Shown here piece after piece: positions 26,509-38,353 of a stretch of 61,658 nt of DNA (positions are counted from its first letter, which is position 1; the number at the start of each line of letters is the position of its first letter). The DNA is taken from positions 1 through 61,658 of the forward strand of contig CAUSDR010000001.1 of assembly GCA_963530105.1 (NCBI GenBank), in the 5' to 3' direction. Origin of the DNA: an uncultured Janthinobacterium sp. (lineage in GTDB: Bacteria > Pseudomonadota > Gammaproteobacteria > Burkholderiales > Burkholderiaceae_D). The translations under genes and the position numbers were made by a program. The notes beneath the pieces were generated by a model. The model made no database searches. It saw only the letters and a list, made by a program, of their open reading frames with translations, and was not told the origin of the DNA.

Positions 26509-27702
26509 ATGTCACGCGCATTTATCCTCCTGCTTGATTCCTTCGGCCTTGGCGCGACGCCAGACGCCGCCAAGTATGGCGACGCAGGTGCCAATACCTT
26601 TGGCCATATTGCCAGCACTGTCGCCAAAAGCGGCAAGACCTTGAAACTCCCGAACATGGAACGCCTGGGCCTGGGCGCCGCCGCCCACCTTGCCAGCGGC
26701 GAATGGGCCACCGGCTTCGACCAGCGCGACGGTTTTACGGGTGCCTACGGCGCGGCGCGCGAGCGCTCCACCGGCAAGGACACGCAGAGCGGCCACTGGG
26801 AAATCGCCGGCGTGCCCGTCGAATTCGACTGGGGCTACTTCCCCCGCACCACGCCATCGTTCCCGGCCGACCTGACCGACAAGCTGAAAGCCATGTCGGG
26901 CGTGCCGGGCTTCCTCGGCGACTGCCACGCTTCGGGCACGGACATCATCAACAAGCATGGCGATGAACACGTCGCCACGGGCAAGCTGATTATCTATACC
27001 TCGGGCGATTCGGTGATGCAGATCGCCGCGCACGAAGAATCGTTCGGCCTCGAACGCCTGTACGCAGTGTGCGAAATGGCCTTCAAGCTGGTCGAACCGT
27101 ACAACATCGGCCGCGTCATCGCCCGCCCGTTCAAGGGCAGCAACGGCAACTACACGCGCACCTCCAACCGCCACGACTACGCCGTCGCGCCACCCGCGCC
27201 GACCCTGCTCGACCACGTCAAGAATGCGGGCGGCGAAGTCGTCGGCCTGGGCAAGATCAGCGACATTTTCGCTACCCAGGGCATCTCGCGCGTCGTGAAG
27301 GGCGTCGACAACATGGCGCTGTTCGAAGCGCTGTTGAAGACGGCCGATGAAGTGCAGGACAAGTCGCTCACCTTTGTCAACTTCGTCGATTTCGACCAGG
27401 CCTTCGGCCACCGCCGCAACACCGAAGGCTACGCCGACGCGCTGCGCGAAATGGATGCGCGCCTGCCGGAATTCATGGCCAAGCTCAAGGAAGGCGACCT
27501 GGTCGTCATCACCGCCGACCATGGCTGCGACCCTACCTGGCACGGCTCCGACCACACCCGCGAACACATTCCGATGATCTTCTTCGGCCCCGGCGTCGCT
27601 CCGCGCGCACTGGGTATTTCCGAGACGTTCTCCGATATTGGCCAAACCCTCGCCAAGCACCTTGGCGTACCACCACTTGCTAATGGAACCAGCTTGTTAT
27701 GA
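26509..27702 (+). CDS. deoB: Phosphopentomutase
   Basis: LDSFGLG, STGKDTQSGHWE, YTSGDSV, NFVDFD..GHRR and TADHGCDPT motifs. Confidence 0.96.
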   Translation: MSRAFILLLDSFGLGATPDAAKYGDAGANTFGHIASTVAKSGKTLKLPNMERLGLGAAAHLASGEWATGFDQRDGFTGAYGAARERSTGKDTQSGHWEIAGVPVEFDWGYFPRTTPSFPADLTDKLKAMSGVPGFLGDCHASGTDIINKHGDEHVATGKLIIYTSGDSVMQIAAHEESFGLERLYAVCEMAFKLVEPYNIGRVIARPFKGSNGNYTRTSNRHDYAVAPPAPTLLDHVKNAGGEVVGLGKISDIFATQGISRVVKGVDNMALFEALLKTADEVQDKSLTFVNFVDFDQAFGHRRNTEGYADALREMDARLPEFMAKLKEGDLVVITADHGCDPTWHGSDHTREHIPMIFFGPGVAPRALGISETFSDIGQTLAKHLGVPPLANGTSLL

Positions 27703-28658
27703 CACTCATGCACCCCGAATTCAAGCGTAACGAGGCCATTGGCCTCGACCTGGGCTGGATCAACCAGATCCGCGTCAACCGCGCCGCGACGGACCGCCGC
27801 GCGGCCAGCCTGGCGAACCGCCGCACGGTGAAGAAAGAATACCAGGCCGCCTGGCTGGTGAAAGCCATCCAGATGATCGACCTGACCACCCTGGGCGGCG
27901 ACGATACGCCTGGCCGCGTGGAGCGCCTGTGCATGAAGGCCATGCGCCCGCTGCGCGCCGACCTGATGGCTGCGCTGGGCCTGACCGACTTGAGCACCGG
28001 CGCCGTGTGCGTGTACCACGAAATGATCGCCCCGGCCGTGAAAGTCATCCAGGGCCGCCTGCCCATCGCCGCCGTGTCGACGGGTTTCCCGGCCGGCCTG
28101 ACGAGCATGGAAACGAAGCTGCGCGAAATCGAACTGTCGGTCGCCGCGGGCGCCACTGAAATTGATATCGTCATCACGCGCCAGCACGTTTTGAACGGCA
28201 ACTGGCAAGTGCTGTACGACGAAATGCTGGCCTACCGCAAGGCCTGCGGCGAAGCGCACGTGAAGGCGATTCTCGCCACCGGCGACTTGCTGACCCTGGA
28301 AAACGTGGCCAAGGCGTCGTGGGTGTGCATGATGGCGGGCGCCGATTTCATCAAGACTTCCACCGGCAAGGAAGGCGTGAACGCCACCATTCCCGTGGCC
28401 CTGACGATGGTGCGCACGATCCGTGAATACCACGAGCAGACGGGCTTCCAGGTGGGCTTCAAGCCGGCCGGCGGCGTCAGCTCGGCCAAGAGCGCCCTGC
28501 AATACCTGACCCTGATGAAGGAAGAACTGGGCAACGAATGGCTGCAGCCGCACCTGTTCCGCATCGGCGCTTCCAGCCTGCTGACCGACATCGAGCGCCA
28601 GCTCGAGCACTACGTCACCGGCAGCTACTCGGCCAATCATCGTCACGCACAACCTTAA
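27699..28658 (+). CDS. deoC: Deoxyribose-phosphate aldolase (long, eukaryote-like type)
   Basis: IDLTTLGGDDT, GFPAG, GADFIKTSTGK, GFKPAGG and FRIGASSLL motifs. Confidence 0.95.
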   Translation: MTLMHPEFKRNEAIGLDLGWINQIRVNRAATDRRAASLANRRTVKKEYQAAWLVKAIQMIDLTTLGGDDTPGRVERLCMKAMRPLRADLMAALGLTDLSTGAVCVYHEMIAPAVKVIQGRLPIAAVSTGFPAGLTSMETKLREIELSVAAGATEIDIVITRQHVLNGNWQVLYDEMLAYRKACGEAHVKAILATGDLLTLENVAKASWVCMMAGADFIKTSTGKEGVNATIPVALTMVRTIREYHEQTGFQVGFKPAGGVSSAKSALQYLTLMKEELGNEWLQPHLFRIGASSLLTDIERQLEHYVTGSYSANHRHAQP

Positions 28659-28670
28659 AGAACAATCGTC

Positions 28671-31052
28671 ATGCCAACAATTAACGAGATTCTCAATACT
28701 ATGGACTACGGCCCTGCTCCCGAAAGTCAAAAAGAAGCACAGGCGTGGCTCGATGGCCACCAGCGCAAGTTCGGCCTGTTCATCGACAATTCCTGGAGCG
28801 AGCCGGCCGAGCTGTTCGCCTCGACCAATCCTGCCGACGGCACGCAGCTGGCCGAACTGACGCAAGCTTCCGACGCGGACGTCGAACGCGCCGTGGCAGC
28901 GGCGCGCCGCGCGCTGCCGGTGTGGCAAGGCATGGGCGGCCATGGCCGCGCCAAAGTCATGTACGCGCTGGCCCGATTGCTGCAAAAGCATGCGCGCCTG
29001 TTCGCCGTGCTGGAAACCCTGGACAACGGCAAGACCATCCGCGAAACGCGCGATATCGACTTGCCGCTGGCCGCGCGCCACTTCTACCATCACGCCGGCT
29101 GGGCGCAGCTGCAGTCGGAAGAATTCGCCGACTACCGCGCCGTGGGCGTGGTGGGCCAGATCGTGCCGTGGAATTTCCCCCTGCTGATGCTGTCGTGGAA
29201 AATCGCCCCGGCCCTGGCGGCCGGTAACACGGTGGTCTTCAAGCCGGCCGAATTCACCTCGCTCACCGCCATGCTGTTCGCCGAACTGTGCCTGCAGGCG
29301 GGCGTGCCGGCCGGCGTCGTCAACATCGTCACCGGCGACGGCCGCGTGGGCTCGGCCATCGTCAACCATCCTGGCGTCGACAAGATCGCGTTTACGGGGT
29401 CGACGGAAGTGGGCCGCTTGATCCGCGAAGCGACGGCCGGCAGCGGCAAGAAGCTGTCCCTCGAATTGGGCGGCAAGTCGCCCTTCATCGTTTTCGAAGA
29501 CGCAGACCTGGACGGCGCCGTGGAAGGCCTGGTCGACTCCATCTGGTTCAACCAGGGGCAAGTGTGCTGCGCCGGTTCGCGCCTGCTGGTGCAGGAATCG
29601 ATCCAGGAGCGCTTCCTGAACAAAGTGCGCGCGCGCATGGAAAACCTGCGCCTCGGCTCGCCTCTGGACAAATCGATGGACGTGGGCGCGCTGGTCGACC
29701 CCGTGCAGCGCCAGCGCATCGCCGCGCTGGTCGATTCGGCCCGTGCCGAAGGCTGCGACGTCTGGCAGCCGGCGTGCGAACTGCCGGCGGACGGCTCCTG
29801 GTTCCCGCCGACCCTGATCACGGGCGCGTCGACGTCGGCGGCCGTGGCGCAGGCTGAAATCTTCGGCCCCGTGCTGGTGGCCATGAGCTTCCGCACGCCG
29901 CCTGAAGCGGTGCAGCTGGCGAACAACACGGTCTACGGCCTGGCCGCCAGCGTGTGGACCGAGTCGATCAGCCTGGCGCTGGACATCGCGCCCGCCATCA
30001 AGGCTGGCGTGGTATGGATCAACAGCGCCAACCAGTTCGACGCGGCATGCGGCTTTGGCGGCTACCGCGAATCGGGCTTCGGCCGCGAAGGCGGCCGCGA
30101 AGGCATGCTGGAATACATGACGGCCCTGGCCGAAGATGCGCGCCCGGCCTTGCCGGTGGTGGAAGCGAAAGCCAAGGCGGCAGCGAAGCCGGCGGCAGCC
30201 GACCCGTTCGCCATCGACCGCACGGCCAAGATGTACATCGGCGGCAAGCAGGCGCGCCCTGACAGCGCCTACAGCGCGCCCGTATTTGGCGCGAATGGCG
30301 CCCTGCTGGCCGAAGTGGGCGTGGGCAGCCGCAAGGACATCCGCAACGCCGTCGAAGCGGCGCATAAAGCGTCCGGCTGGACCGGCGCCACCGCGCACAA
30401 CCGCGCGCAAGTGCTGTACTACATCGCCGAAAACCTGGCGGCGCGCGCCGACGAATTCGCCGCCCGCATCGCCGCCATGACGGGCAACAAGAACCCGGAG
30501 AAGGAAGTGCAGGCATCGATCGAACGCCTGTTCTACTACGCTGCCTGGGCCGACAAGTACGACGGCCTGGCGCACCAGCCGCCGACCAAGGGCATCACCG
30601 TGGCGCTGAACGAAGCGGTCGGCGTGATCGGCATCGTCTGCCCGAACGAAGCGCCTTTGCTGGGCTTCATTTCGCTGGTGGCGCCGGCCATCGCGCTGGG
30701 CAACCGCGTGGTGGTGGTGCCGTCCGAAGCGCATCCGCTCTCCGCGCTGGACCTGTACCAGGTGTTCGACACGTCCGACTTGCCGGGCGGCGTCGTCAAC
30801 ATCATCAGCGGCAATGCCGATGAACTGGCGCGCACGCTGGCCACGCATGCCGACATTGACGCCGTCTGGCGCCATGACGGTTCGGCGGAAGGCTGCGCGG
30901 AAGTCGAGCGCCTGTCGGCCGGTACCCTGAAGCGCACCTGGGTTGGCGGCGCCAAGGGCCGCGACTGGTACAGTGCGGCCCAAAGCGGCGGCCGCGCCGT
31001 GCTGGCGCATGCGTCGCAGGTGAAAAACGTGTGGATTCCTTACGGCGTCTAA
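28671..31052 (+). CDS. ALDH16-family aldehyde dehydrogenase (ALDH plus second partial ALDH domain)
   Basis: PWNFP, FTGSTEVG, LELGGKS, NQGQVCCAG, EIFGP and FGGYRESG; ~290-aa C-terminal repeat (KMYIGGKQARPD...). Confidence 0.9.
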   Translation: MPTINEILNTMDYGPAPESQKEAQAWLDGHQRKFGLFIDNSWSEPAELFASTNPADGTQLAELTQASDADVERAVAAARRALPVWQGMGGHGRAKVMYALARLLQKHARLFAVLETLDNGKTIRETRDIDLPLAARHFYHHAGWAQLQSEEFADYRAVGVVGQIVPWNFPLLMLSWKIAPALAAGNTVVFKPAEFTSLTAMLFAELCLQAGVPAGVVNIVTGDGRVGSAIVNHPGVDKIAFTGSTEVGRLIREATAGSGKKLSLELGGKSPFIVFEDADLDGAVEGLVDSIWFNQGQVCCAGSRLLVQESIQERFLNKVRARMENLRLGSPLDKSMDVGALVDPVQRQRIAALVDSARAEGCDVWQPACELPADGSWFPPTLITGASTSAAVAQAEIFGPVLVAMSFRTPPEAVQLANNTVYGLAASVWTESISLALDIAPAIKAGVVWINSANQFDAACGFGGYRESGFGREGGREGMLEYMTALAEDARPALPVVEAKAKAAAKPAAADPFAIDRTAKMYIGGKQARPDSAYSAPVFGANGALLAEVGVGSRKDIRNAVEAAHKASGWTGATAHNRAQVLYYIAENLAARADEFAARIAAMTGNKNPEKEVQASIERLFYYAAWADKYDGLAHQPPTKGITVALNEAVGVIGIVCPNEAPLLGFISLVAPAIALGNRVVVVPSEAHPLSALDLYQVFDTSDLPGGVVNIISGNADELARTLATHADIDAVWRHDGSAEGCAEVERLSAGTLKRTWVGGAKGRDWYSAAQSGGRAVLAHASQVKNVWIPYGV

Positions 31053-31189
31053 GGTTATAGAGCAGGACAGTGGGGCCGGATCTTTCGCGCAGCGATGCGC
31101 CGGGGCGCCGGCCCCAAGTTGCTTTCACCAGCAGCGCGCAGGCATCGGGCGCCGCTGGATTGGAACAGTACTTCATATCGGGAGCTATC

Positions 31190-32512
31190 ATGTTTTTAAC
31201 CCAAGAAATCATCCGCAAGAAGCGTGACAAGGGCGTGCTGAGCGCCGAGGAAATCCAGTTTTTCGTGCGCGGCATTACTGACGGCAGCGTCAGCGAAGGC
31301 CAGATCGCGGCGCTGGGCATGGCCGTCTATTTCAACGACATGAACATGGACGAACGCGTCGCGTTCACCCTGGCCATGCGCGATTCCGGCCACGTGCTGG
31401 ACTGGCGCGCGCTGAACCTGCCGGGCCCCGTCGTCGACAAGCATTCGACGGGCGGCGTGGGCGACGTGGTGTCGCTGCTGCTGGGGCCCATGGTGGCCGC
31501 GTGCGGCGGCTACGTGCCGATGATCTCGGGCCGCGGCCTGGGCCACACGGGCGGCACCTTGGACAAGTTCGACGCCATTCCCGGCTACTGCACGGTGCCG
31601 GACAATGAACTGTTCCGCAAGGTGGTGCAGGAAATCGGCGTGGCCATCATCGGCCAGACGGCGCAGCTGGCGCCGGCCGACAAGCGCTTCTACAGCATCC
31701 GCGACGTCACCGCCACGGTGGAATCGGTGGCCATGATCACCGGCTCCATCCTGTCGAAGAAGCTCTCGGCCGGCCTGGACGCGCTGGTGATGGACGTCAA
31801 AGTGGGCACCGGCGCCTTCATGCCGACCTACGACAAATCGGTGGAACTGGCCGAGAGCATCGTCGCCGTCGGCAATGGCGCGGGCATGCAGACGTCGGCC
31901 ATTTTGACGGACATGAACGAATCGCTGGCGCCATATGCCGGCAATGCGCTGGAAGTGCGCGGCGCCATGGATTACCTGACGGGCCGTTCGCGTCCCGCGC
32001 GCCTGCATGAAGTGACGCTGGCGCTGTGTGCCGAGATGCTGGTGCTGGGCGGCCTGGCCGCTACCGAGGAAGAGGCGCGCGCCAAGCTGATGGCGGCCCT
32101 CGATTCGGGCGAAGCGGCCGAGCGCTTCGCGCGCATGGTGTCCGCCCTGGGCGGCCCGGCCGACCTGGTCGAGAACCCGGACAAGCACCTGGAAACAGCG
32201 CCGTTCATCGTGCCGGCGCCAGCGCTTTCCGCCGGTTTTGCCAATGTGCGCGATTGCCGCGCCATCGGCCTGGCCGTCGTCGCCCTCGGTGGCGGCCGCC
32301 GCCGCCCGACCGACAGCATCGACTTCGCCGTCGGCCTGACGAACCTGGTGGGACTGGGCGAGCAAGTGAGCATAGGCCAGCCGCTGGCCATGGTCCACGC
32401 GCGCACGGAAGCGGCGGCGCAGCAAGCCGTCAAGGAAATCCAGGAAGCGTATGCCATCAGCGCCGTGGCGTTGACGGCCAATCCGGTGATTTACCGTACC
32501 ATCCGACCGTAG
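31190..32512 (+). CDS. deoA: Thymidine phosphorylase
   Basis: [43 protein letters not shown] and SILSKKL motifs; ATG31190 after GGAG. Confidence 0.96.
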   Translation: MFLTQEIIRKKRDKGVLSAEEIQFFVRGITDGSVSEGQIAALGMAVYFNDMNMDERVAFTLAMRDSGHVLDWRALNLPGPVVDKHSTGGVGDVVSLLLGPMVAACGGYVPMISGRGLGHTGGTLDKFDAIPGYCTVPDNELFRKVVQEIGVAIIGQTAQLAPADKRFYSIRDVTATVESVAMITGSILSKKLSAGLDALVMDVKVGTGAFMPTYDKSVELAESIVAVGNGAGMQTSAILTDMNESLAPYAGNALEVRGAMDYLTGRSRPARLHEVTLALCAEMLVLGGLAATEEEARAKLMAALDSGEAAERFARMVSALGGPADLVENPDKHLETAPFIVPAPALSAGFANVRDCRAIGLAVVALGGGRRRPTDSIDFAVGLTNLVGLGEQVSIGQPLAMVHARTEAAAQQAVKEIQEAYAISAVALTANPVIYRTIRP

Positions 32513-32521
32513 TTGACAACT

Positions 32522-34414
<1,893 letters not shown>

Positions 34415-34418
<4 letters not shown>

Positions 34419-35578
34419 GCGTCATCGTCCGGCAGGTTCTTGAGTAAAAAGTCGCGCACGTTCTCGCCGGCGACGCGGCGGATCTGCGCTTCCGACAGGC
34501 CGGCGTCGAGCAGCGCCTGCGTCAGGCGCGGCAGGCCGGCCGCGTCGATGGCGGTGGTGACGGCGCCGTCGAAGTCCGAGCCATAGGCCACGTGCTCGGC
34601 GCCGACCAGCTTTACCGTGTACTTGATGGCGCGCGCGATCGCCGCCACGTCCTTGCCGCAGACGGCCGTGTTCCAGAAGCCGATGCCCACCAGGCCACCC
34701 TGGGCGGCGATGCGCTTCAATTGTGCGTCGCTGAGATTGCGCCCATTGGCGCAGGTGCCGCGCACGCCCGTGTGCGAGACCATCACGGGCCGTTTCGCCA
34801 TGCTTAATACGTCATCGATGGTGGCCGGCGAGGCGTGCGCCAGGTCGACGATCATCTTGCGCTGTTCCATGGCGCGCAGCCATTGCTTGCCCAGTGGCGT
34901 CAGGCCGCCTTTTTTCATGCCGTGCTGGGAGCCGGACAATTCGGTATCGAAGAAATGCGTGGGCGCGGCCATGCGGAAGCCGGCCCGGTACAAGGTATCG
35001 AGGTTGTCCAGCTTGCCCTCCAGCGCATGCGCGCCTTCCAGTGTCAGCCAGCCGGCCAGCAGGCTCGGATCTTTCTCGCGCGCCGCGATGAAGCTGCGCA
35101 GCTGCGCGCGGCTGCCGATGACGCGCAGCTTGCCATGGCTCTTGCCCGCTTGCTGGCGCAGTTCGTCGGCCTGGTAGGTGGCGCGCGCCAGCAGGCTGTT
35201 CCAGGTGGCGGGCGGCAAGCCCTGTGCCACGACCAGGGCCGTGATGTTGTCCGTATCGCTGCCATTGCGTTCGATATTCATCTTGCGCGGCGTCTTGGTG
35301 ACGACGGAAAACGCTTGCAGGGCCACGTTGCCCCGCTGCAGGCGGGGCAGATCGGCATGGCCGCGCTGGCTGTCGCGATTCAGGTCGCGCTGCCACAGCA
35401 GGCTGTCCGCGTGCAGGTCGGCGACCCACAGGTTCTGGTGCAAGGCCATGGCGGTGGCCGATGGCGGCTTGCCGGACGGCGGATGGACGCGGTTGAGGTG
35501 ATCGTCGACGAGGACGGGAGCGGACAGCAAGCCGCCCACCAGCGCAAGGCTGGCGGCGGCGATGGTACTGATGATCAT
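34415..35578 (-). CDS. Membrane dipeptidase (peptidase M19 family)
   Basis: N-terminal hydrophobic anchor; DLHADS, TLEGAH, DLAHAS, SHTG and GSDFDG motifs; GGAG RBS. Confidence 0.88.
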
Positions 35579-35595
35579 TGTTCTCCGTTTCAGTT

Positions 35596-36018
35596 TCACC
35601 ATGGGTCGTAGGTGCCCAGGCTCCAGATGTGGCCTTCCGGATCGCGGCACGTAAAGCCGCGGCCGCCGTAATCTTCATCCTTGATGTCGAGCACGATCTC
35701 GGCGCCGGCTGCGCGCGCCTGGCGGTAGACGGCATCGGCGTCGTCGACGACCAGGTAGCAGCTTTGCGTATTCGCATTGCCGATCTCGCCCGGCTGCTTC
35801 ATCAGGCGGCCATACTCGCTGTCGACCACGGAACCAAGCATGATCATGCCGTTTCCAAAGCTGAGTTGCGCATGGGCGATGCCGCCGTCGCTGTCGGGGA
35901 CGACCAGCTGTTTTTCAAAACCGAGTGCCTTGCATAGCCAATCGATGGCCGCTGGCGCATCGCGGTAGCGCAGGCAGGGAATGGTGGTAGCCCTCGTGGC
36001 TTTTGCTGTCGTGGTCAT
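35596..36018 (-). CDS. VOC/glyoxalase/bleomycin-resistance family protein
   Basis: IPCLRYRDAPAAIDWL..FGFE-like start, HAQLSFG, YGGRGFTCRDPEGHIW; AGGAG RBS. Confidence 0.88.
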   Translation of the reverse strand: MTTTAKATRATTIPCLRYRDAPAAIDWLCKALGFEKQLVVPDSDGGIAHAQLSFGNGMIMLGSVVDSEYGRLMKQPGEIGNANTQSCYLVVDDADAVYRQARAAGAEIVLDIKDEDYGGRGFTCRDPEGHIWSLGTYDPW

Positions 36019-36162
36019 ATGGAAACTCCTGTAGGCGAATGGAGTAGTTTCGATCGTGAATGCTGCGCGGCGTTCACCATGACGGGGTTTCATGGCCAGG
36101 GTATTGATACCTGTCATGGCCGCGCTTCACTATATGCCACTCTCATCGGCCCTGCAAGAGCG

Positions 36163-36435
36163 TCACGCCTGGGGTGGCTGTTCCGGTTGCGCCGCTTTTT
36201 TGTCCCAGCTGAAGCCGCCCGCATTGCCGGCCCATTTCAGCAGCAGGAAGATGACGAACAGCGTGATGGCCAGCGGCAGGATGGTGATGACGAAGGCCAG
36301 GCCGATGGCGCAGGCCAGCAGCATGGGCCAGGACATGTCCGCCAGCGCATCCATGCCCTGGCGCGCATAGCCGCACAGCTCGTTCCAGAAGGTGGAGAAG
36401 GATGTGCTGCCCGGTGCCGAATTGATGTCTTTCAT
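36163..36435 (-). CDS. Small predicted membrane protein (90 aa)
   Basis: AGGAG RBS; long hydrophobic stretch WPMLLACAIGLAFVITILPLAITLFVIFLLL. Confidence 0.7.
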   Translation of the reverse strand: MKDINSAPGSTSFSTFWNELCGYARQGMDALADMSWPMLLACAIGLAFVITILPLAITLFVIFLLLKWAGNAGGFSWDKKAAQPEQPPQA

Positions 36436-36581
36436 GCTGCTCTCCTGTCGTCGTTGAGTGCCGTTGCCGTCGTGATGGCCTGGCGATGAAGCAACTATAG
36501 CCAGGCTTTACCCGGTCGGCATGCTGTCTGCGACGAATTGCAGGCTGGGCGGAACGAACGACGACAGGCCGCGACAGGCCG

Positions 36582-37064
36582 TTACTCGAAGACTTTCAGC
36601 TTGAGCTGGAAACTGAGCGCGCCATACAGCCGGTCTTTATACGAGGGCACGATGGCGATATTCACGCCCACGCGCTGGTATTCATAGCTGATGGTGGGCA
36701 CCAGGGCGGGGAACCAGCCGCCGTCGCGCATCTTTGGATAGCCGCTGAAACCGCCAACGACGGCGCCTACGCGGAACGGCCCCATCTGGATAGGCTGATA
36801 GTACACGCCCAGGTAGTTCGAATAGGCGCGGTCGCTATTGTAGAAGCGGCCGGCCGTGGCCGAGGCAACGGTGGAAAAACGGTATTCGGCGCCCAGGCCC
36901 GGGTTACTGTCGTTCAAGTTCTTGTCGCGCTGGAAATGATACGAGTAAAAGCCCGCATTGAGCCAGGTTTCGCTGAGCGGCTGGTTGTCGATCATGTTGA
37001 ACACATCGGCTTGCGCACCGCAGGCATATGCCAGCATCAGTGCGCCTAGTGACAATCGTTTCAT
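36582..37064 (-). CDS. Small exported beta-barrel protein, PagP-like
   Basis: Signal peptide (..AQA), alternating aromatic/Gly strands, SYHF..NDSNPGLG..FYNS, ends LKLKVFE. Confidence 0.6.
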   Translation of the reverse strand: MKRLSLGALMLAYACGAQADVFNMIDNQPLSETWLNAGFYSYHFQRDKNLNDSNPGLGAEYRFSTVASATAGRFYNSDRAYSNYLGVYYQPIQMGPFRVGAVVGGFSGYPKMRDGGWFPALVPTISYEYQRVGVNIAIVPSYKDRLYGALSFQLKLKVFE

Positions 37065-37239
37065 GCGTGCTGCATCCTTTATCTGGAGATCTGTTGGCTT
37101 GCCTGGTCTGGCGCTGCCGCGATCGTATCACCAAGTCAGGCTGGCTTCTAAGCAATATTGCAAACGCTGAACAGGCGGGTGTTTGCCTGCCTGTTCGGGA
37201 GGGCAGCCTGCGGGCGCATGCGGTCCCCGGGCGGCAATA

Positions 37240-37256
37240 GGAGAATGATTCTCATT
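37240..37256. promoter_or_regulatory. Fur-box-like palindrome
   Basis: GGAGAAT-G-ATTCTCATT, close to the 7-1-7 TGA(T/G)AAT-n-ATT(A/C)TCA Fur pattern. Confidence 0.5.
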
Positions 37257-37364
37257 GTGCAACTAAGTTTGCATAATTATTATAAAAGTTGTTGGTATGC
37301 GACATCTAAAATCCGATGGATATGATATTCTGGCGTCAAGTTAATTTTCTTTTTGGAAATAAAA

Positions 37365-38309
37365 ATGTCAAGCATGCCTAAATTGCCATTCGTTCTCGTC
37401 CTGTCGACCGTGTTTGCTGCCGGCGCCGCGCAAGCGGGCGTGGTGGATCTGGGCATCGGCGGCGCTAATTTGTATTCCCTGAGCAACTTCAGCGCGTCCG
37501 GCAGCGATGTCGAAGGCGGCGTGCTGGTCGCCGGCAATCTCACTGCATCGAGCTATTCGATCAATGACAAGAACAAGGATGCCTACGTCACGCATGGCAA
37601 TAGCGGCTATGCGCTGGTCGTCGGCGGCAACCTGAACTACAGCTCCGGTTCGATCAAGAACGGCAACTATTATGTGGGCGGCAGCACGACGACGAGCAGC
37701 GTTGGCCTGAACAATGCCACCAAGACGACGGCGTCGCCCGTGTCGTTCGCCTCGACGTCGGCCCAGCTGAAAAGCACCTCGACATCGCTGTCGAAAGTGG
37801 CAGCCACGGGCAGCAGCTCCGTCGCCTACGGCGGCATGACCTTGAAGGGCGGCACGGGCAGCGTGCAAGTGTTCGACCTGACGTCCGCGGCGCTGGGTTC
37901 GGTGAACAACTTCAAGTTCAGCAATCTGCACACGAACGATACCCTGATCCTCAATATCAGCGGCACGAACGTGACCCTGAGTGGCGGCTATGATGGTTTC
38001 AAGAACTACAATGTGCTGTACAACTTCTACGAAGCGAAGAACTTGACTTTGAGCAATGTTGGCCTGTATGGCAGCGTGCTGGCGCCATTGGCGACCCTGG
38101 CCGGCGGTGGTGGCCAGATCAATGGCAACGTGGTGGTGGGCAACTGGGCCTCGAACATCCAGGTCAATGCCAATCATTATTTCAACGCCACCAACGTGGC
38201 AGCTTATGTCTCGGCCGTGCCGGAACCGGAAACCTATGCGATGCTGCTGGCAGGCCTGGGCCTGGTCGGTTTCATGGCGCGCCGCCGCAAGCACAAGATG
38301 GCAGCGTAA
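37365..38309 (+). CDS. PEP-CTERM surface protein with choice-of-anchor-A-like domain
   Basis: Signal peptide; SDVEGGVLVAGN, ILNISG, NVLYNFYEA and GSVLAPLA motifs; C-terminal VPEPETYAMLLAGLGLVGFMARRRK. Confidence 0.88.
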   Translation: MSSMPKLPFVLVLSTVFAAGAAQAGVVDLGIGGANLYSLSNFSASGSDVEGGVLVAGNLTASSYSINDKNKDAYVTHGNSGYALVVGGNLNYSSGSIKNGNYYVGGSTTTSSVGLNNATKTTASPVSFASTSAQLKSTSTSLSKVAATGSSSVAYGGMTLKGGTGSVQVFDLTSAALGSVNNFKFSNLHTNDTLILNISGTNVTLSGGYDGFKNYNVLYNFYEAKNLTLSNVGLYGSVLAPLATLAGGGGQINGNVVVGNWASNIQVNANHYFNATNVAAYVSAVPEPETYAMLLAGLGLVGFMARRRKHKMAA

Positions 38310-38327
38310 GCGTTCGCGCCGTTCAGG

Positions 38328-38353
38328 AAACCGCCTTCAGGGCGGTTTTTTTT
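38328..38353 (+). terminator. Rho-independent terminator overlapping the rutR stop
   Basis: AAACCGCC-TTCAG-GGCGG followed by T8. Confidence 0.8.

Noticed and set aside
27429..31010. 1193-aa minus-strand ORF (also 8528-10990, 22342-25122, 57325-60264 and many similar)
   Set aside because: Antisense shadows of well-supported genes in high-GC DNA; no recognisable motifs.
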